Origin: Tubiluchus corallicola
Lineage: Eukaryota; Animalia; Priapulida
Direction of reading: 5' to 3'
Length of the DNA stretch: 64,000 nt
Assembly: GCA_030141605.1 (NCBI GenBank)
Contig: JAQGDQ010000027.1
Location: forward strand, 558,001 to 622,000
The translations under genes and the position numbers were made by a program. Of the stretch, positions 52,630 through 64,000 are shown one piece after another. Numbering within the stretch: the stretch's first letter is position 1; each line of letters starts with the position of its first letter. The notes under the pieces were generated by a model that was not told the DNA's origin, made no database searches, and worked only from the letters and a program-made list of their open reading frames with translations.

Positions 52630-55600
52630 CTATATTGTAACAGAGTTGTGAACTGCAACAAGAAATGATTTCAACAAGGTAGAATTGAACGTGGAAGTTG
52701 CTTGAGCAAAGTGAATCAGTTCAGGTAGACGATTGACAACGCATTGACTCGGATCACACAATGGTAGCTAAAATTAAAATAGAAATAGTTGATTATTAAA
52801 TCCTCAAAAACGTTAATAGTTTCGTAGACATTAGTTATTATAATCTTAATGTCAAAAATTCTGTTAATTAATTAAAATCATTCTAATACGAGTGATTTAA
52901 CGTTGGAACTGCTAAATATAGTTGGAAAGCTATATAGGATGAACTTCGGACTGTCTTGACCATTGGGAAATGTGGTGGCCTAGTGGTCTGAGACATCTGC
53001 AATGTGAGCAGAAGTTTCCTAGTTCCACTGCTTTTAGATTTTTTCGCATCTCCTGTCTTTCAAGTTTAGAATCAAAATTTAATTAATTGTGGTCTTGTAA
53101 CATTATTAATTTCTTAAATATAACTGAGATTAACCAGTACCTCGTGAAGATTGTTGTATAAGTTGCAGCGATTCAGCAATAGGTGCCTAATAAATGGTGA
53201 CGAAAGCTAAAATGGCAAGATAAGATAAGATAAGATCAATTTGAGTGTTAAAGACAAGATAAAGATGGCAGAATGGCACATCATAAACATGGCTGTTTAC
53301 CTCATAGAGACAGGACGTGGTTGAGATACTTCTGTCATTTTCAGTGGTTCAACCTAGAGAGACTTCCTTGACAATAAGCCAGGTGACGCCACAAGAACCT
53401 CTTTGAGTAGGCCCTGCGTTTGAGTACTTTCCGGCTTGCGGCATGACAAAGTGTAAAAAATCACTTTTTAGTACATATAAACTGCAAAACACGGGCTCTT
53501 CAAAATGACACCTGTTAGCTACTAACCTGGTTGTATAACTTATAAATCTCCCTTACTACAAAGAATTCTGGTACTACTGGAGTTTCATTTGATGGTTGAG
53601 TGAAATGCTTTGAACATCCGTGAAGAATTCCAAGTCCATCTTCTACAGCCGATCGACAAATTGAGTCCTGTCGTATTCTGGTCATTATAATGTCCCATTC
53701 ACAAGGTAGCACCAAAATTCGTTCTACGACAAAAATTGACAAATATTTCATTGATGTCCAACTCATTTTTCACCCTGTATAGCGGTTTATAAGGGACTAC
53801 AATATATATAAACAAGCCGTGGCACAAAGAGTTAAAACTGAACACTTATTAATTGTTCCTCATCGATAATTAGTTTAATTTTCTTTCAACCTAATTTTAG
53901 TTATTAATGACATGTTTTACTTACGTCCTCGACGAAGCCCTCTATAGCGAAAACACGTATTGGATGTCAATGAATATATTTTGTCAGTAACAATGCCTGT
54001 ACCAGTTACTGCATTTTTAAATTATAAAACTGTTTAAATTATGTGTCTAGATTTAACTTTATTGAGTTAACTAATTTTCAGAAAACAAATTACTTATTAT
54101 AGCGAAACTTTACAAAATTTAATTAACTTTTAAAGATATTGCCCTCATTTACCAGAATATTTATGTCCATACATATTCAAAATGCATTGGTCGCCAGCTA
54201 CTGTGTAGTTGTAGAATTCATCCAAGAGTTTTAATACTTCCTCGGTGAATTTCGCTTGGCGCAACTTGCCTAAATCCATGAGTAGAACTCCGGCATTGAA
54301 ACCCAAAAACAGAAAGCAAAAAATCCGTTGTTCAATTACATCGCCAGTGTTACGAAGATAAAAGAAGATTTTTTTAGAGACAGTTAACACCTCGTAAGAG
54401 CCCCGGTTTCAGGACGAACAAGTTTTTAGGTGACCTGACGCAGTCACTGACAGGGCCACCATTTCCTTTGCACAAAAAGCTTCAATTCTTTAACCTAAGT
54501 GCACAATTCTTAAGTGCAGAATAGAATGTCCCATTACCTGTTCTTGTCCTGTGGCAAAGGAACAGAATCAACTGAATGTTATAAAAGTTTGTAGCCGTGG
54601 ACGGTTACCCACCCGAGATCACAACGTAGATGCACAACATGGATGGGCAACCAGCTGAAAGAAATCTGGAAGAAGCCGTAAAGCATAATCTTAACCCCGA
54701 AATTGACTGGTTGGCCTATTTCGAGTAAAATGGCGTTTTCGTGGTTAGGGTTATGTTTAATGGCTTTCCACAGATTTCTTAGAGTTAATTGCCAAGGTTA
54801 TGCACCAAAGTTGTGGTGGTGCCAGATGGGCACCCCAGATGGGCATAGATGGGATTTTCAAGATTAAAACCTTTTACACTGTTCCATGTCTGTTTTTCGA
54901 AAAAGTGTGGATTTGTCCTGAGTATCTGCGATTCAAATGCATGTTCTACCTCAAGGAAGCAACTAGCCGGCTACTAAAAATTTAAATACCGAATGTTCGG
55001 AAAAGGTGCTTCTTTAAGATGCTTGTGTAATAGTAAGTGCTCCTCTTGTCGTCACTTGTCATTACTACACCCAGCATTTGCCTATGATTCATCTTAGAAA
55101 GGAAATGCCACAGTTGCTCCAGTGGTCTAGTCACGATCATATCTGAATCTAGGTACAGGACTTTATCAACCTTGGTCAACAACTCCTGAAAAAACGTTAC
55201 GATATATAGTAGTGCGACAAGCGTAAGCTAATGTGCTTTGGATGAATTAGAATTTTGAGTTGTTTTGTAGGTAACGTTCTCAGACTTAATTTAATATATG
55301 CAAATGTATAAAATGTTTAGTTCTGATGTAAAAACGTGAAGACAACATGTAGGTGCATTTTATATAGTAATTGGCTTTGGGACTGGTTTATAGCTGAGTG
55401 GTTACAGTTTGTGTTTGGCTGTGGAAGTTAAGTAGTTAAGCTACGCTGATTCATACTAGTAGATAGAAGAGTGGTCAAAAGAAAAATTGCTTCTCGGTGT
55501 TTTATCCACAGTATACTATACCTTATTTATCTTGTAGAAGGAGGATGTATAATAAATACCATTTATTTTCACCCCCCTCCCCACATTGTGATCCATTATG

Positions 55601-57789
55601 CACATCAGCATTGCATAGCAGCTATAAGTAACTGTTATGGAATGGTGTCATCGGAACAGGCTGTCGTACAAGTGCGACTAACATCTCAGCACCTGTTTTT
55701 TAGAACTAACGTGGATCACCTTGGATTCTGGTGAGTTTATTTTACAAAAATTTTCCCTGTTCTTTCGTTTCTGTAACGTTTTCTATAACATGATGTGAAT
55801 GGTAGCGTATCAGCATCGTAAGGTCAACATGATGTATACATTTTTAAGACGCTTCAGTCTATTTAATGTCTGACCTTAGAAAACCAACCTTGATTATTAA
55901 GTAGGTGCCGGTGGAATTCGAAATCAGTAGTAGGTATTGCTGTTGCGAGCTATATTTTAATAGTATGCTAAACTGCATAAAAACTACGATTTTGCGTAAT
56001 TCTTTTTCGTTTAGTGCCAAAAGAAAAGCTTATTAGAATGAATTCTGTAGACAGTACAACATTTGCGAAGACGTTGGCTAATTTCTTTCATTTAGGTTCT
56101 CTGTATTTCGTGTCAGAGCTAAAACAATAATAAAATACAATGCAATAAAAGTAGAATAACCTTTATTTTAAAGTCGAAATCAAATTCAACGTACAACACA
56201 AACCTGACATGAGACTTTCATCGGCCTACAGTAAATAACAAACTGCGATTACGTAACAAAGATCATTATTACCCCGCTTTTACTACCACGCGCCAGGTAG
56301 GACAATAGCAGATACCATTTTTTAAAGTCTTCGGCATTACTCGGCTCCGAGCCTGCGGTATTGAACTCACGACCTCCTAGACGGAAAGCGTCTACTACAC
56401 TATACAGCATGCAATATAGACAGTACCGGTCGTATTTAAACGGTATTTTGTTTTTTTTGGGCAATTCGCAGTTGCAAAATGAAACTGTGGCATACGTGCG
56501 TTTGCTAAACTGGCCGCTATTTTTATTGACAAAGCAGAGTAATTCTTCCTTTAGTAGGAGAAGTTAAAAGACTCGTAATTTTATGTTGAGATAAGTGCTA
56601 AGCGCAGTGGTAAGCACAGAAGCTGTCTTTAGTGCAAATGAAAATAATGATGACTAATAATTACCGGAAGAAAAAGCCTAACTGCAGAACCTTTTATGTA
56701 CAAGTCAATCCATTTAGATGGAATTACTTCTGTCTTGTAGAAATTATAAGTAATGTATTTGTGTTTCTTCCAAGCGACAAGCTGAAAATAAAAGTTTCAG
56801 ATTGCAGATAAAAATAAAGGCCTCAAATTTAACAATCCCGAGACTTGGGATGTCTAATAACTGTTGTAAGCTAATAAAAAACTTGATTTTCAATTCAATT
56901 CATTTATTCCGCAAAATAAACAACAAATGCTGTTACATCACAAACTACATAAATTAGTAGTAATTCTTAAAGTACGTACGGATACAAATATTAATTTTAG
57001 TGCTGGAGACCAAGGAAGCAGAGCTTATATTAGGCCACCAGAATTAGTAATGGAAAAATACTTATTAATAATAATTTACTGATAGTTAGAAAGAGTTATA
57101 ATGAGTGTTAGTAATAATTCGCTACATGTATTACGATATAAACTGATCGGCACAAAAAATGATAAATGTTTTAACATATTCACTAGGCATCTGTGGAGGA
57201 GGCAACACTTGATTAGACTGCATGGAGGTGTATATTGCACATATATACAGATGAGAACTAAAGTTTACTCAAGAGGCCAATTTGTTGAAAATGAAAACAA
57301 AAGCTATGAAAGCGTAATCGGTTAAATGTATCAATTAAAGTGTGCTTTCTATGATTATTTAAAGATGAACATTGAGTTGGTATTCTTTAAAGTTGAATTT
57401 CACACATCAAATTCATTAGTCTCCAATTACCATATTCTAAAATATCGTTTTTCTCAGTTGTTAAATTTGCAAGATTATTCTTATTAATCATATTAACTCG
57501 ACAGCTGCCATGTTGTATTAGCGTGTCACTCAAAATATTATTACTGACATTCGTGCTTTCACATTTTAAGGTATTTATTTGCTGATGTTGCCATAATGTT
57601 TTCAAAATTGCTTAAAAATGAAGCAAGATTATGCATCTATTGTTACGTTTCTATTAGAGCCTATTATTTTTATGCTCTGAACAGAGAGATTCTAAGATTA
57701 GTTTCAAAAAGAAAATCAGTTAGTGTAAAATCAGATACCTCCTGGTACGCTATCGCTATACGTAAACTGTAACTGAATGTCACCTTCTG

Positions 57790-57875
<86 letters not shown>

Positions 57876-57876
57876 G

Positions 57877-57950
<74 letters not shown>

Positions 57951-58044
57951 GAAGGAAGGAAGGAAGGAAGGAAGGAAGGAAGGAAGGAAGGAAGGAAGTA
58001 AGGAAGTAAGTAAGTACGTAAGTAAGTAAGTAAGTAAGTAACTA

Positions 58045-58082
<38 letters not shown>

Positions 58083-60767
58083 AAGTAAGCATTTATTGTC
58101 ATTATATTATAATATAATGAAATTTGCGTGGTTTTACGTACTACAACAAAAGAAAATTAACACAAATAAGTTCAGTCAGTTGTTACATAAGTGGTAATGT
58201 GCTAATAAGCTATTTAAAGTGATAATATATAGAGAGAGAATATTGCAAATTTACTGAATTTACTGTTGATAGTGAGATCTGCAACAGGATAGAAAGAATT
58301 TAAAGTCCTTGTGGTTTCAGCGTAAAGTGAAGAGTATCTACGGCCAGAGGAAGCATTTCAAAAAAATTATTACCAGGACGTCAGTAATGTTAAGTTGCGC
58401 TCTCTTTGCGACCCTCGTTTCGTACGAATGTGTCATAGGTTGCTGTTCAGTTTTTATAATTTTTGAAGCGGATTTAACAATCTGATCAAGAGCATAGCCA
58501 TCTCCTTGCGTGATACAGTCATACCAAATAATTAGGGATGTTGTTGAGAGCAGAAGCAATGTTAAATGATTTAAGTTGTCTTAAAAAGTGCAGACGCTGG
58601 CGGGTCTTTTTTAAACAACGAAGCACGTTAGCTCCCCATTAAAAACCATCTGAAATTTTTATACCAAATTTCCAATAAACTGTCACTGTCTGGTAAACAG
58701 GCAGTAAAACTTCACCATATAGGGGGAGCCACTACACAGTTTTTGCAAAGAAACCCGAGTTTTTAATTATTGTAACAATAGATGTGTGACTTTTGTTCAT
58801 CAGATGGCTTACCTTTAACGCTAATGTATTTTGCGTGCCATCATTGTCAACTACAATATGTAGATGCACCGGTACTGACGTCACCATTAGCATTGTTTTC
58901 ATCATGTTAAGGGCTTGCTCCATGTAAGTTGTTTCATTTCCAAGAACTGTCACGGCCACGTGCATAACAACTTTTGGGCTTCTGAGGTCCTGTGTAAACA
59001 TGTGCTATTTTTTGGATTTGCACCGAAAATCTAGGCTTAGTATCGAAATTTTTACATCATTTACCTTTCGGTTAGTTTGATTTAAAATGAAAGCGAGAAC
59101 GTGTTCACGGCAAAAGCAATCTGCTTATAAAGTTACATGTGTTTTATAAATGTACTTTATAAGTTACCCAAGTCTGTTCCATCATTGACAATTCTTTTTG
59201 AATATAATATATAATTAATATACCTACAGTAAATTGAGTTAATGTTCTAGCATGATTGTTTTAAATAAATTAATTCAAAACAACGACTTCTTGAGTCTAT
59301 TTGAATTTTCTGCATAATTATCAGGTTAGCTTACATTAATTTAGATTATTTTGATTTAGCATAAAAAGCCATATAAAAAGATAAAAGCATTTTACCTAAA
59401 CAATAAAAACTACATACATTCGTACAGTTGTTATGTTCGAGGATCGTTATTTACAAACAGTCTGTTATTCACCATTTCATTATCTAATTAGTGATTTCAT
59501 ATTTGCATTACATGGCGTTTTTCCGTAAGAGAGTTATACAAAAATGGTAAGACTGAAATCTTTTTACTAATAATAACTTCTTGTACTTATTTTATTTTAA
59601 ATGAGTTCTTTGTTAAAAATTGTTCTGAAAAATCTACAGTTTAACAGTAATATTCGTTGTACTGTAAATTTGGTGCTTTAATATTCGTGGCGATTAGTAT
59701 AAGCACAATGATTTTCGGAATAAAAATTTTGGGAACTGCAATAATAATTATAGAAAAACACCTTCTAAAGTCAACTTGGACTGAGAGTCAGGCATCCTTC
59801 TCGCGAAAACTTGATTATCCTGATATGGATTCTGGGAAGAAACGGGCAAGAAAAAGCCCAGTAATATGGGTATCCACTACGTGTTTTTAATAAAATTTAA
59901 TATTATGTGGATTATAGCAAATCAAAGTAGCCGTTACCAATCTAAATAAACGAATGAATTTGCAGTTTCCCACACAATTTGAATACCCTAACCTAACACT
60001 AACCCTAATCAGCTTCACGAACTAATTTCTTGTATGTAGGGAACTGCAAACGTTAACCTAAACAAACTAACTTTCTTATAAAACTTTAATATGCTACTTT
60101 TATATCTGTTTACCAATGACTAGTTTTTAAATGAAATTTTGTCAAGGCCTCAGGGACCAGTTTTATTATTTCGCAGTTCACTTTGTTGTGGTAGATTTTT
60201 TTTAGGGGTAACGATGTAAGTTTAACAGGTTTTTCTACTGTTTGTTATACAACTACAGTACTCATAACAAGTAGTAATAATGTATTTTAAGTGCGCATTT
60301 ACTAGGTTTACAATTGCCTTGAGTAGCTACTGCTACTGTAGAGGTTTTACTGTACACTGGCATGACATGTAGATGGACAGATTTGAATTAGACATTTATC
60401 AAATTGAATAGCTTTAATACGATTAAACAGGTAAATACAGTTGTGGTTACTAAATAATGCGTAATAACAATGTAATTGTTTGATTTCCTACACATTTAAC
60501 ATTAACTTCAAGTCTGTTTTTTTCAATTACTAATATTAATTACTTTTTATTGGGTTTTATATAAATGCACAAAAATGGTTCTTTACTTCTTTATTGCTGT
60601 AATTCCTATTGTGTACTGCACCAGTGTACTAAAAAAGTGATGATTGGTTCGATCGGTAAAAAGCAAATATAAAAAAAACTTACCGTCATAACGGCAACGT
60701 CAATCTTTTGCTTAAAGAAGATAGCTAGACAGAGAAGTATGGATATGATAACTAGTTTTTGTAGCAT
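52630..60767 (-). CDS. Glucoside xylosyltransferase-like GT8 glycosyltransferase, copy B (7 exons, about 352 aa; exon 5 acceptor is GG)
   Basis: Exons 60767-60684 (MLQKLVIISILLCLAIFF TM), 58989-58813, 56781-56665, 55185-54990, 54302-54153, 53723-53527, 52767-52630 (1059 nt). Intron phases match copy A, and exons 3, 5 and 7 have identical lengths (117, 150, 138 nt). LYLDSD, FNAGVLLMDL, GDQCILN, LPCEW and ILHG are present. Confidence 0.82.
56270..56412 (-). mobile_element. tRNA-derived SINE remnant with conserved central domain (Meta-SINE-like)
   Basis: B-box-like gtgagttcaatacc followed by gaagactttaaaaaatggtatctgc...cctacctggcgc, which resembles the conserved central domain of metazoan SINEs (from recall). 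Confidence 0.5.
57790..58090. repeat. Compound tetranucleotide microsatellite (TAAG)n(CAAG)n(GAAG)n
   Basis: Visible; source of the spurious LLTY/LACL/FLPS ORFs. Confidence 0.97.
58210..58680 (-). mobile_element. Rex1/Babar-like LINE 3' fragment
   Basis: RQRLHFLRQL...SLIIWYD...LDQIVKSASKII...YETRVAKRA...FEMLP pattern, frameshifted. Confidence 0.6.
59959..60050. mobile_element. Small fold-back MITE with ctaaccctaa core
   Basis: tttgcagtttccc...gggaactgcaaa inverted ends around cctaacctaacactaaccctaa. Confidence 0.5.
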
Positions 60768-61415
60768 TGACGTAGAGTTTTAAGTGCTACTAATTTATAC
60801 TTTTCTATTTTACTACTTTACATCGTGAAACTTCATTTTCTTAAAGATTTGAAGCAAATACATGTGCACTGTGGTCCGTACTATGCGTAGATTTTTCTTA
60901 GTAAAGTAAATTAGAATCGTTCTGATTGTATTACAGTTAACACGAGAAAGCTAACACGTCACTGCTTTCTAAAAACATTTTGTTATAAAAACAACATCGT
61001 AAAGGAACAAGAAATCACTTGTTTGACAATGTTTCACTTCCTGAATATGAACAGGTTAACAATGATATCAAACACCTACATCGGTTCTGTAAGAATTTAA
61101 ATTGCCAGTATTATCGTTTGCCTCCTGTTAATGTAAACAATGTTACAATAAAAAAACAAAACAACGTCGACGAAGAAAACAATTTTACAAACTTGCACCG
61201 ATTCATAAATTTCAGATACTTAAATCAGTTTTTTTACACACCTAACAAAAAGCACCAAGTATTGTTACCTATGGTTTTGCCACGTTATTTACACAGGTGA
61301 GAGCAAGATTAACTGGTTAAGTAGAATTAATTTTTCAAAAAATTAAATTGCAAAACAACCGGTTTAATCAGAATGCTAATTACAAAGCCTGTTAGCAAAA
61401 ACATTACGCTACAGC

Positions 61416-62107
61416 CAAGGCCAGCTCTACTACTAGGCAATTTTTTTTGGGGGGGGGGGGCGCAGAATTCTGCAAGAAATTCTTTAATTTTTAAGTTCAG
61501 CATGAAGTAAGAACATCGTGTTACTGTAACTGCTCAAGCGCACAACACTTTACTCGTCGGAAACGAACTTGTGTTATTTTCGTATCAAAATCAACCTACA
61601 AGAATAGAAGCGTTCAGGACCGTGATATAAGAAACGAAAGGTAAAAATGCTGGCGGACATCGAATAACAAAAAGATTCGTTAAATGAGGTGTTTGCAACC
61701 AAACAAGATGATGAAACTAGTGAAATGGATATATGTGAGGAGTGAGTGCTCCAAAAATTTTCGGGTAAAAAACCTGAGTGAGTTCTAGCTAAGACTATGT
61801 GCATAAAGACTGTGTTGAAATTATAGAAATTTTGATTGCTCCTGAATTCTTCGACGTAAAGTGAGGCCATAAATTCAATTATAAATGAAATCAACACAAT
61901 CTGCAGATAGGTAATTAACTACAGTTAATTAGTATATTATAATAAATAAGACTAACATACAAGTTCCACTCTACTTTATTTGATACAGCAAAAATTCAAT
62001 TTTGTGGGTGGAGTGCATAGGGATGGTAGAGAAGCGGTTAACTGTTCAGGAGGGGCGCTAAAATAATTTTTTTGCCGTGGGCGTCCAGCCACTCAGAGCC
62101 GGCCCTA
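61416..62107. mobile_element. Non-autonomous hAT element with perfect 8-bp TSD
   Basis: TSD gctacagc at 61408-61415 and 62108-62115; TIRs CAAGGCCAGCTCT / AGAGCCGGCCCTA (10/13). Confidence 0.85.
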
Positions 62108-63029
62108 GCTACAGCAAGAATTATTGTTAAATTTAAATAAAATTTATCTAAAACGTCACGTCTCCAGAACATTCTTCTCCGTTTATAAAAATTCTAAGTA
62201 CACTGCTGATAATTTTACAAGAACTTAATAAGCTGTATCGAATAATGAAAGAAAACACTACGCGGTCAACTTCCGATTTTCAAATAAATAAAGCTTCTGA
62301 TGTCTAATGCTAACCTTTTTCAATAGAACATAAGCATTTAAATAGACCTCTAGTTTTTATATAGTTACATAACTAAAAACAGGATGTATAAAAAATCATA
62401 AATTGGTTTGATTACTTTGATTTCTGGTTTTATACATATATATATATAACTATATAATATTCATATATTTTTACTATAAAATCCGATTTTTACACGATAT
62501 CATGACAAAAACATAAGAATCGGTGTAATTCCTTGTTTTACAACAATCCACATGGATATGAATCCAACATTACGTATTTTTAGTTTTAGCGACATCTGTA
62601 ATTCCTTCTTTTGGTGCTTTTGGTTTCTGTAAATGGAAATTAAGTGTTAATATTCGAAATCAAATTGAAAACATTCGAAAACAATAACGCCTCTAAACAT
62701 GGCAGACTTTAATCTTGTAAACACTTTGCACCAAATATAGTTTTATTGCGGAACGAAATGTGTTTCCTAATACGGCTGACAGTTACATTTTGCTGTTTTC
62801 GAAAAATATAATTGAACCAAAAAGGAAATAGATATGGAAGCCATAACGACTGCAACAAGCTTTTCAGCCACTATTATCTTCCTCTTCTTACCTCCTCTTC
62901 CTGCTGTTTTTTCATTTGCTCATAATGATCACGTGCTTTCCTGAGTGGTTCAACCATGGATTCCTCAACTTGAGGGAATAACTGAAATAAAAATCCAAAT
63001 CTCTACATTTATTAACTGACGCCAATGTA

Positions 63030-63205
63030 GCAATGATGATGATGACGATGGTAATGACTATGATGTCATGATGATGATGACGATAAAAATGATGATGATG
63101 ATGATGATATTGAACAACGATGACGATGCGATGACGATTATGATGGTCGAAGATGATGATAGTGATGCTGCTGCTCTGTTGTTGTTGCTGTTATTGCTGC
63201 TGCTA
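63030..63205. repeat. Degenerate (GAT)n/(GTT/GCT)n trinucleotide repeat
   Basis: Visible; similar (CAT)n tracts at 21270-21490 and 47520-47610. Confidence 0.85.
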
Positions 63206-64000
63206 CTTAAGGATTGTACCAGAAGTCCAAGTAGATCGTAGACAAAATAGACGGCAGACTGATTTATAGGCAGGGAACTTAAAACAATGTGCTACACAAA
63301 TAACAGTAACTTATCTCTCGAGTAAGAAAAAGCCATTAACTTCACGAAGTGTACATGGCAGCATTCAATCCTCAAAAACATGGTGCAGTAGAGTAAATCT
63401 TTATGGAATGGATTATTATCGTGTCAGACGCAGCTGCTCAGTTACTGTGAATTACGTCATCGTTAGAAACAGTATGTAGACTATTTATAGAAGGTAATGC
63501 AGAGATATTTTTAAGAAAATTAAATACGATTACAAACCATGCAAGTATGCTGTCTCATCTGCCTTACTGTACTTAAGTGTTGCATTTGTTAGGACTTAAG
63601 GTGTGAACACTAAAAAAAAAATTGTCAGGCTCCTCTAAAAATCTCTTGAGAAAACAACATGAGAGAGAGAACGGTCTCTTAGAGAGAAATATCTTTAAAA
63701 CAGCAAGCTCCATGGAGATTATAATTTGCAATGTAATTAAGTACACGTTTGGTAATTATCATTATGGTTCGTTTTGTGGTAAATTGTCATTGCTGTTGCG
63801 TGTAACACCATATATGAAGACAGCACATGCAGGTCTACTGTCGCGCCATCTATGAATTTGATTTATTACACTTATGAAAGCGCAAAAGCATCTTTATTTT
63901 CAACATGATATTTATATGTCAACGGTAAGAGTTTTAAAATAAAACAAGAAGTCTAGATGTAGTCTAAATAACTATAAGTGGAATTCGCAAAAACAGCATC

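Noticed and set aside
52968-53030. tRNA-like A/B boxes (also about 25525, 27220, 49850, 55390)
   Set aside because: No cloverleaf can be drawn; degenerate SINE heads rather than tRNA genes.
53350-53526. Apparent 15-nt mini-intron and frameshifted terminal exon for GXYLT-like copy B
   Set aside because: The true last exon is 52767-52630, homologous and equal in length to the last exon of copy A.
57670-58102. ORFs of LLTY/LACL/FLPS repeats
   Set aside because: Translations of a compound tetranucleotide microsatellite inside an intron.

Overview
AT-rich, intron-rich eukaryotic (animal, probably marine invertebrate) genomic DNA; no prokaryotic features or CRISPR. I reconstructed four genes by hand from splice sites and reading phase. 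(1) A 10-coding-exon BICRA/GLTSCR1-family gene on the minus strand (14558..112, about 1501 aa). (2) A single-coding-exon secreted prepropeptide on the plus strand (32147..33106, 319 aa). It has a signal peptide, dibasic cleavage sites, two GKR amidation sites and five Trp/Pro/aromatic-rich peptide cores that I cannot assign to a known family; it is the best candidate for an undescribed system. (3, 4) Two tandem, divergent 7-exon GXYLT-like GT8 glycosyltransferases on the minus strand (51775..44110 and 60767..52630); the second has GG instead of AG at its exon 5 acceptor. The rest is a patchwork of a decayed Buster/SPIN-type hAT transposase, hAT MITEs with TSDs, CR1/L2, RTE and Rex-like LINE fragments, SINE remnants and microsatellites. 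Family assignments come from remembered motifs, not from database searches.
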